DNA of 64,000 nucleotides from positions 7,713-71,712 of the forward strand of contig CANPZO010000002.1 in NCBI GenBank assembly GCA_947589005.1. Direction: 5' to 3'. The notes under the pieces were generated by a model, which did not search any database, had not been told where the DNA came from, and saw nothing but the letters and a program-made list of their open reading frames with translations. The DNA comes from an uncultured Clostridia bacterium (GTDB taxonomy: Bacteria > Bacillota > Clostridia > UMGS1883). Position numbers and translations under genes: made by a program. This document shows positions 58,739-64,000 of the stretch, piece by piece (the first letter of the stretch is position 1; the number at the start of each line of letters is the position of its first letter).

Positions 58739-60832
58739 TTGATATCCGTGTTTAAATCCGTATGGAAAAACATAAGAAAATTCTTTTCCGGGCTCTACCG
58801 CTTTATTGAAAATCACACCCTGATTTTCTGCGCTTTTCTGAGCATTGTGGAAAACTTTATCATAGAGGCGCTGAGCCGGCGCAGCGTTGTGGAGGCGGCT
58901 CGGTATCTGGTCAGCAACCCGGTGGTGTTTTTGTACAATTCCCTTATAATACTGCTGTTCCTGTCCATGAGCCTGCTGTTCAGGCGGAGGATATTCGGTA
59001 TAGTGCTGTTCTCCCTGCCGTGGCTGCTCTGCGGCGCCATCAACAGCGCCGTCCTCAGCTACCGCGTTACTCCTTTGGGCGCCATTGACTTCCAGATAGT
59101 CAAGATGAGCCTCATCATGGTCTACCTCAGCAAGGCCCAGCGTATAATGCTGTACGTGGGCGCGGCCCTGATGGTGGTGGCGATAGTGGCCCTTTGGATA
59201 TTGGGGCCGAAAATCAGCGGCAAGATAAATTTCGGCCGGAACGTGGCCGCGATAGTGGGCGTGCTTTTGGCGGTTATCCTCTGCACAAATCTCGGACTCA
59301 ACTTCCAGGCCCTGGGCAACCGCTTCGGCGACCTGCCCGGCGCCTACAACAAGTACGGCTTTGTCTACTGCTTCAGCTCCAGCGTGCTGGACACCGGCAT
59401 GGACAAACCCGCCGGCTACGGCCCCGAAATGGTGCAGGAGGTCCTTGACACCCTGCCGCCGGAATCCGTGCCCGGCGAGGACGCCATAAAGCCCGACATA
59501 ATCATGATACAGTTGGAGTCCTTTATCGACCCCAACCTTATAAAGAACGCGAAGTTCAGCGAAAATCCGACGCCGGTGTTCACCTGGCTTAAGGAAAATT
59601 ACACCTGCGGGGCGCTGCATATGCCCTCCTACGGCGGCGGCACCGCCAACTCGGAGTTCGAGGTGCTGACCGGCATGACAATGGAGCCCTTCGGCGCGGG
59701 AGAATATCCCTACAAGACCATCATGCTCAAGGCCAACTGCGAAAGCATCGCCACCAATCTTAAGGAGCTGGGCTACGGCACCCACGCCATACACAACCAC
59801 ACCGGCAACTTCTACGACAGGGACAAGGTCTACCCCCACATGGGCTTCGACAGCTTCCAGTCCATAGAATATATGAACAATATCGAGCGCACCTCCTACG
59901 GCTGGTGCAAGGACAAAATACTCACCAACGAGATACTCACCGCCATGGACACCGACCCCGAGCATGAGCAGCAGTTCGTCTGGGTGGTATCGGTTCAGGG
60001 CCACGGCAAGTACCCCTCCGAGCCCATCGAGGGGCTGGACCTTACGCTGACGATGGAGAGGGGCGACTTCAGCGACGAGCGCACCTCGGAGATAGAATAT
60101 TACTCCAACATGGTGTATGAGATGGACGCCTTTGTCGGCGATTTGATATCCAAGCTGGAGGAGCGCGGCAGTCCCACGGTGCTGGTGCTTTACGGCGACC
60201 ATCTGCCCAGTCTGGACTTCACCGCCGACGAGCTTGAGCTGGGCGACATTTACACCACCGAGTACGCCATCTGGGACAACATCGGCCTCCAAAAGCAGCC
60301 CTATCAGAAAATGGAATCCAACTTCCTCAGCGGCTATGTGACCTCGCTGCTGGGCTACAACGTGGGCGTTATCAACCGGCTCAACCAAAGCTGCGGCAGC
60401 GACCCCGACTACGAGGAAAAGCTGGAGCTTCTTCAATACGACTCCCTTTACGGCGAGCATTACAGCTGGCCCGACCCGGACTACTATCAAGCCACGGATA
60501 TGAGAATGGGCACCGTGCCCGTCACGGTGGACTATGTGACCCTCATCGGGGAAAACCTCTACATCCACGGCAGCGGCTTTACCGATAAGAGCGCAATTTA
60601 CATCAACGGAGAAAAAATGACCGGCACAAAGAAGCTGAGCTCCTCCTGTCTTGTGCTCAGCGGTATGTCCTCAATCAAGAAGGGCGACGCCATTCAAGTG
60701 GGACAACCCTCGAGCAAGCGCGAGGTTCTGAGCTATACCGGCGAGGTAATCTTCGGCGCGCAGGTGTCCCCACCCGAGGAGGACGTCGAGACGTCCGGAG
60801 ACGAGGCGTCCGGTCTTGACTCCGCCGCATAA
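58739..60832 (+). CDS. LTA synthase (LtaS)-family phosphoglycerol transferase / sulfatase-domain membrane protein
   Basis: TTG start after AAGGAGG. 5 N-terminal TM helices. Sulfatase-fold motifs 'IIMIQLESF' and 'TANSEFEVLTG'. Confidence 0.8.
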   Translation: MISVFKSVWKNIRKFFSGLYRFIENHTLIFCAFLSIVENFIIEALSRRSVVEAARYLVSNPVVFLYNSLIILLFLSMSLLFRRRIFGIVLFSLPWLLCGAINSAVLSYRVTPLGAIDFQIVKMSLIMVYLSKAQRIMLYVGAALMVVAIVALWILGPKISGKINFGRNVAAIVGVLLAVILCTNLGLNFQALGNRFGDLPGAYNKYGFVYCFSSSVLDTGMDKPAGYGPEMVQEVLDTLPPESVPGEDAIKPDIIMIQLESFIDPNLIKNAKFSENPTPVFTWLKENYTCGALHMPSYGGGTANSEFEVLTGMTMEPFGAGEYPYKTIMLKANCESIATNLKELGYGTHAIHNHTGNFYDRDKVYPHMGFDSFQSIEYMNNIERTSYGWCKDKILTNEILTAMDTDPEHEQQFVWVVSVQGHGKYPSEPIEGLDLTLTMERGDFSDERTSEIEYYSNMVYEMDAFVGDLISKLEERGSPTVLVLYGDHLPSLDFTADELELGDIYTTEYAIWDNIGLQKQPYQKMESNFLSGYVTSLLGYNVGVINRLNQSCGSDPDYEEKLELLQYDSLYGEHYSWPDPDYYQATDMRMGTVPVTVDYVTLIGENLYIHGSGFTDKSAIYINGEKMTGTKKLSSSCLVLSGMSSIKKGDAIQVGQPSSKREVLSYTGEVIFGAQVSPPEEDVETSGDEASGLDSAA

Positions 60833-60837
60833 ACGAA

Positions 60838-60866
60838 AAGGACTTCCGAACGGAAGTCCTTTGAGC
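60838..60866 (+). terminator. Hairpin terminator; identical hairpin repeated at 61075..61106
   Basis: 'aaggacttccgaacggaagtcctt' occurs twice, and the second is followed by TTTTTTAT. Confidence 0.6.
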
Positions 60867-61133
60867 TTGTCGAAAAACAAAAATGCAGTCTTGATACTGT
60901 AGGGGCGGTCATTGGCCGCCCGCCATCAAACGTTTATGTTGGCAATGATAAATGATATTACAATCAAATATATCCATAAAACCGTATATTTGTCGCCGTA
61001 AATCTGTGTAAGCGGGAGCGCAATGCGCTCCCCTACAAAATCCGGCAAAGAAATCGACTTTATCGACAGTCTGAAAGGACTTCCGAACGGAAGTCCTTTT
61101 TTATAAAATCTGGCAAATGGGAACCGCCCCTCG

Positions 61134-62459
61134 CTATACCGCCAGAACTCCGGTGTCCGTTTCCAGCAGTATCATTATATCCTCCTCCGCGCCGGTCTGG
61201 GTGTTGATATAGATGAGGAAGTTTCTGTCGTCCACCCGGCCGCGGAGCTGGTAGCAGAAGGCTTCGTCCCCACCGTCAAGGGGAATGACCGCATAGGACA
61301 CGTCCGATACCGGCGCGCCGCGGCTGACCAGCTTTACCGCGTCGGCGGGCGTCAGCTTCGGCTCGGGGATGTCACGGTGGCAGTGGTTCATCACGTAGCC
61401 GCGGCCCTCGAAGCCCACGACCTCGCCGTTGTCAAGGGCCACCTTTACCTTTATCAAATCTGGATAGACCGTGTAGCCGTCCTGAGTCCAGGCGTAGTTC
61501 AGCACAGCGCAGTCGTCCTTTATGTCATAATAGCTCTCGGTCATACCGTTGTAGCCGTTCCGCCGCAGAAAGTCGGCGGCAAACTGCTTCGCCTCCTCCA
61601 GCTCCAGCTTTCTCTCGCCCACGCTGCGGTTGTTGAGCAGCCAAAGCAGGCTCCCTCCGGCCTTGGCAAGCTCCAGCTTTTTGCCGCCGTTCTCGAAGTA
61701 ATAGGAGGGTATCTTTCCCTCGCCTTCGCCGGTGAGCTTCGCCCCAGAGCCGATATATACCTCGGCCGCGGCGAGGGCGGTCTTTTCGTCTATATCGGAG
61801 GCGTACTCGAGAGAAACGGGCGCCTTGTTCATCACGTGCTGGGAAAAGGGACCGTCATACACCAGGGACGGATAGTCGTGGAGCTCCTGCTCAAGGTCCG
61901 CGATGCTCTTGGCCATAGCGGAGCCGCCTCCGCCGCCGGAAAGCGCTTTTATCCCCGATTCCGCAAAGCTGACGTCGCCGTTGTTCATCTTTACCAGCAG
62001 CTCGTCAAGACCCTCCTGAAGGCTCTGGGCATACCGACCCAGCTCGGTTATGGTCTCGAGCTCGCTGTCCGTCATTTCGCCGCCGTTAAGCACGCGCATG
62101 GAAACGCTGTGGGCGTAATCTCCCACCTGGGACAGGAACTCCGCCGTTTTCGCCACCGATGTCTCGCCCAGCGGCAGGGCGCAGAGATCGGTCTTTGCCG
62201 CCGCCGCGCTGCGGTACAGCTCGCCGCTGAGGTCCACCAGCCGGCTGGGGTCCCCGATGAGCCGGCTCTTAAGCAGCTGGGTCTCCATGTCGTCCACATA
62301 GCCCGTCAAATCAGTGAATATTTGGCGGTACATAAGATTTTGCGCGTATTCCAGCTCCCGGGCCTTTTTGTACTGGCAGAGCCCGAACACCGCCAGCGCC
62401 AGCAGCAAAAGGGAAAGAATGATGTGCTGGCCGTATTTTTTCAATTTACTCATATCCAT
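61134..62459 (-). CDS. ypeB: YpeB-like spore germination protein (PepSY domains)
   Basis: N-terminal TM then 'YRQIFTDLTGYVDDMETQLLKS...LPLGETSVAKTAEFLSQVGDYAHS' parallels B. subtilis YpeB. Confidence 0.7.
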   Translation of the reverse strand: MDMSKLKKYGQHIILSLLLLALAVFGLCQYKKARELEYAQNLMYRQIFTDLTGYVDDMETQLLKSRLIGDPSRLVDLSGELYRSAAAAKTDLCALPLGETSVAKTAEFLSQVGDYAHSVSMRVLNGGEMTDSELETITELGRYAQSLQEGLDELLVKMNNGDVSFAESGIKALSGGGGGSAMAKSIADLEQELHDYPSLVYDGPFSQHVMNKAPVSLEYASDIDEKTALAAAEVYIGSGAKLTGEGEGKIPSYYFENGGKKLELAKAGGSLLWLLNNRSVGERKLELEEAKQFAADFLRRNGYNGMTESYYDIKDDCAVLNYAWTQDGYTVYPDLIKVKVALDNGEVVGFEGRGYVMNHCHRDIPEPKLTPADAVKLVSRGAPVSDVSYAVIPLDGGDEAFCYQLRGRVDDRNFLIYINTQTGAEEDIMILLETDTGVLAV

Positions 62460-62558
62460 CCTCCTAAGTAAGTTTATTTTTATTGATTTTTGTTTTGTTT
62501 ATTCGCCGCGGTTGCAATTTTTTTGAAAAGATGCTAATATATTTAGCGGAAAGGACTG

Positions 62559-63767
62559 ATGAATGTGAAATATGTGATAGTTCTGGCGGACGGCTGTGCC
62601 GACCGTCCTTTGGCGGAGCTTGGGAACAAAACTCCCCTTGAGGCCGCCTATACGCCCAATATGGACAGCTTTGCCGACAATGGCAGCCTGTATTTTGTCA
62701 AGACCGTGCCCGAGGGCATGAAGCCCGGCAGCGACGTGGCCAATCTGTCGGTAATGGGCTACGACCCCCGGCTCTACTACACCGGCCGTTCGCCGCTTGA
62801 GGCGGCGTCCATCGGCGTTGAGCTTGGGCCGAACCAGACCGCCTTCCGTGCCAACACGGTGACCCTCAGCGGCGAGGAAAATTACGAGGACAAGACCATG
62901 GTGGACTACAGCGCCGGCGAGATATCCACCGCCGAAAGCGGGCAGCTGCTCAGGGCTGTCGAGGCGGAGCTGGGCGGCGGCGGCATACATTTTTATCCCG
63001 GCGTGAGCTACCGTCACCTTTTCGTCTGGGACGACGCGCCCGAGAGCTTTAAGCTCACTCCGCCCCACGACATTTCGGACAGGAAGATTAAGGACTACCT
63101 GCCCGACAACGAGGTCATTCTCGATTTGATGAAAAAGAGCGAAAAAATCCTGAAAAATCACCCCGTAAACCGGAAGCGCGTGGCCGAGGGCAAAAACCCC
63201 GCCACCTCCCTGTGGATATGGGGCGAGGGCAAAAAGCCCGCTCTGTCGGGCTTTGAGGAGCTTTACGGAGTAAAGGGCGCGGTGGTCAGCGCCGTGGACC
63301 TTATCAAGGGCATAGGCATACTGGCCGGCATGAAGAGCATCGACGTGGAGGGCGCCACCGGCAACCTGCGCACCAACTTCGACGGCAAGGCAAAGGCCGC
63401 CGCCGACGCCCTGCTGAAGGACGGCCTCGATTTGGTATACGTTCATCTGGAGGCTCCGGACGAGTGCGGCCATCAGGGGGACGCCGAGGGCAAAAAGCGG
63501 AGCCTCGAGCTCATAGACGAGAAAATAATAGGTTATATAAAGAAGCGGCTGGACGAGAGCGGCGAGGATTACAAGTTCATGGTTCTGCCGGACCACCCCA
63601 CCCCCGTTTCAATAAAAACGCACAGCGGTGAGAGCGTGCCCTGCGTGATGTACCGTAAGGGCGAGGAAAACCGCACCGGCTTCGTATATACCGAAGCCTG
63701 CGCCGAGAAAAACGGCGCTTTTCGCGCGGTGGGGCACGAGCTTATGAAAGAATTTTTGAATAAATAG
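62559..63767 (+). CDS. apgM: Cofactor-independent phosphoglycerate mutase, archaeal-type (ApgM family)
   Basis: 'YVIVLADGCADRPLAELGNKTPLEAA' N-terminus and 'VHLEAPDECGHQGD' metal site, characteristic of ApgM. Confidence 0.8.
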   Translation: MNVKYVIVLADGCADRPLAELGNKTPLEAAYTPNMDSFADNGSLYFVKTVPEGMKPGSDVANLSVMGYDPRLYYTGRSPLEAASIGVELGPNQTAFRANTVTLSGEENYEDKTMVDYSAGEISTAESGQLLRAVEAELGGGGIHFYPGVSYRHLFVWDDAPESFKLTPPHDISDRKIKDYLPDNEVILDLMKKSEKILKNHPVNRKRVAEGKNPATSLWIWGEGKKPALSGFEELYGVKGAVVSAVDLIKGIGILAGMKSIDVEGATGNLRTNFDGKAKAAADALLKDGLDLVYVHLEAPDECGHQGDAEGKKRSLELIDEKIIGYIKKRLDESGEDYKFMVLPDHPTPVSIKTHSGESVPCVMYRKGEENRTGFVYTEACAEKNGAFRAVGHELMKEFLNK

Positions 63768-63778
63768 GATAGATATGA

Positions 63779-63811
63779 AGCAATACCGCACAGAGATTGT
63801 GCGGTATTGCT
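63779..63811 (+). terminator. Hairpin terminator / REP-like palindrome GCAATACCGCACA-gagat-TGTGCGGTATTGC
   Basis: Perfect 14-bp stem. Same arms as the element at 38260..38430. Confidence 0.6.
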
Positions 63812-63964
63812 CGCTTCATGCGGCGGCGCAAAATTGAACAAACGGTTATCTTCCGCGGCCGTGACGCATAAATATATATTGATAAATTATACGCAAAAAG
63901 GATTTTGGGAAAATTTGCAGAATATATAAATAACAGAGAGAAAACGGCTGAAAGGAGGCTTTTT

Positions 63965-64000
63965 ATGAACGTCAGAGAATTGACGGAGGACATAGAGAGG
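63965..64000 (+). CDS. Start of a gene (MNVRELTEDIER...), truncated by the window edge
   Basis: AAAGGAGG RBS 7 nt upstream of the ATG. Confidence 0.35.
   Translation, partial: MNVRELTEDIER

Overview
This window looks like a chromosomal segment from a roughly 60% GC spore-forming Clostridia (Firmicutes) genome, with several AT-richer accessory patches. The evidence for the taxonomic call is a YpeB germination protein, SLH domains, copper-amine-oxidase-N stalk domains and lipoprotein signals.

Layout from left to right:
- 1-2900: a plasmid or ICE-like remnant with a ParB-like protein, a RepA_N/DnaD-like initiator carrying in-frame 15-bp tandem repeats, and small coupled ORFs.
- 2968-9815: an islet bounded by about 590-bp direct repeats. 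Each repeat carries a two-hairpin terminator plus a paralogous 122-aa gene. The islet holds a consensus promoter driving a candidate sRNA, a 1352-aa secreted C39-like/beta-helix surface protein, an Xre regulator, and an AT-rich inverted-repeat region.
- 10085-12571: an ECF-type sigma factor fused to an about 650-aa duplicated C-terminal domain.
- 13329-40205: a large, apparently co-regulated island. It contains LysR regulators, cytoplasmic flavodoxins, SDR, AKR, Fe-ADH and PNPOx. It also contains a two-component system and many paralogous secreted lipoproteins assembled from a small set of modules: tandem esterases, carboxylesterase, cupin, CMD/AhpD-like, Cu-amine-oxidase-N, DUF362, an extracellular flavodoxin-like domain, and an unrecognised roughly 55-aa 'YD..G.L...F.W......PL' module. 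The island further holds a degenerate lar (nickel-pincer cofactor) cluster, a thrice-repeated upstream promoter element, a multi-hairpin intergenic repeat with compensatory changes, and a near-identical 0.45-kb intragenic duplication.
- 40375-64000: a low-GC acetyltransferase insertion, a PadR/DUF1700/DUF4097 module, a cell-envelope S8 subtilase, tandem HTH repressors, and a CaCA antiporter behind a consensus promoter and a terminator-containing leader (possible Mn-type riboswitch). Then come a TetM/TetO-like ribosomal-protection GTPase fused to a YacP/Rae1-type NYN nuclease domain, tRNA-Leu(CAA), CapA, a beta-helix Cu-amine-oxidase-N protein, Fur-family regulator, SLH-GH5, LtaS, YpeB, and an archaeal-type iPGM.

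No CRISPR array and no intact IS element were seen. The most novel candidates are the GTPase-NYN fusion, the sigma-factor fusion, and the modular secreted redox/esterase island with its shared regulatory element.
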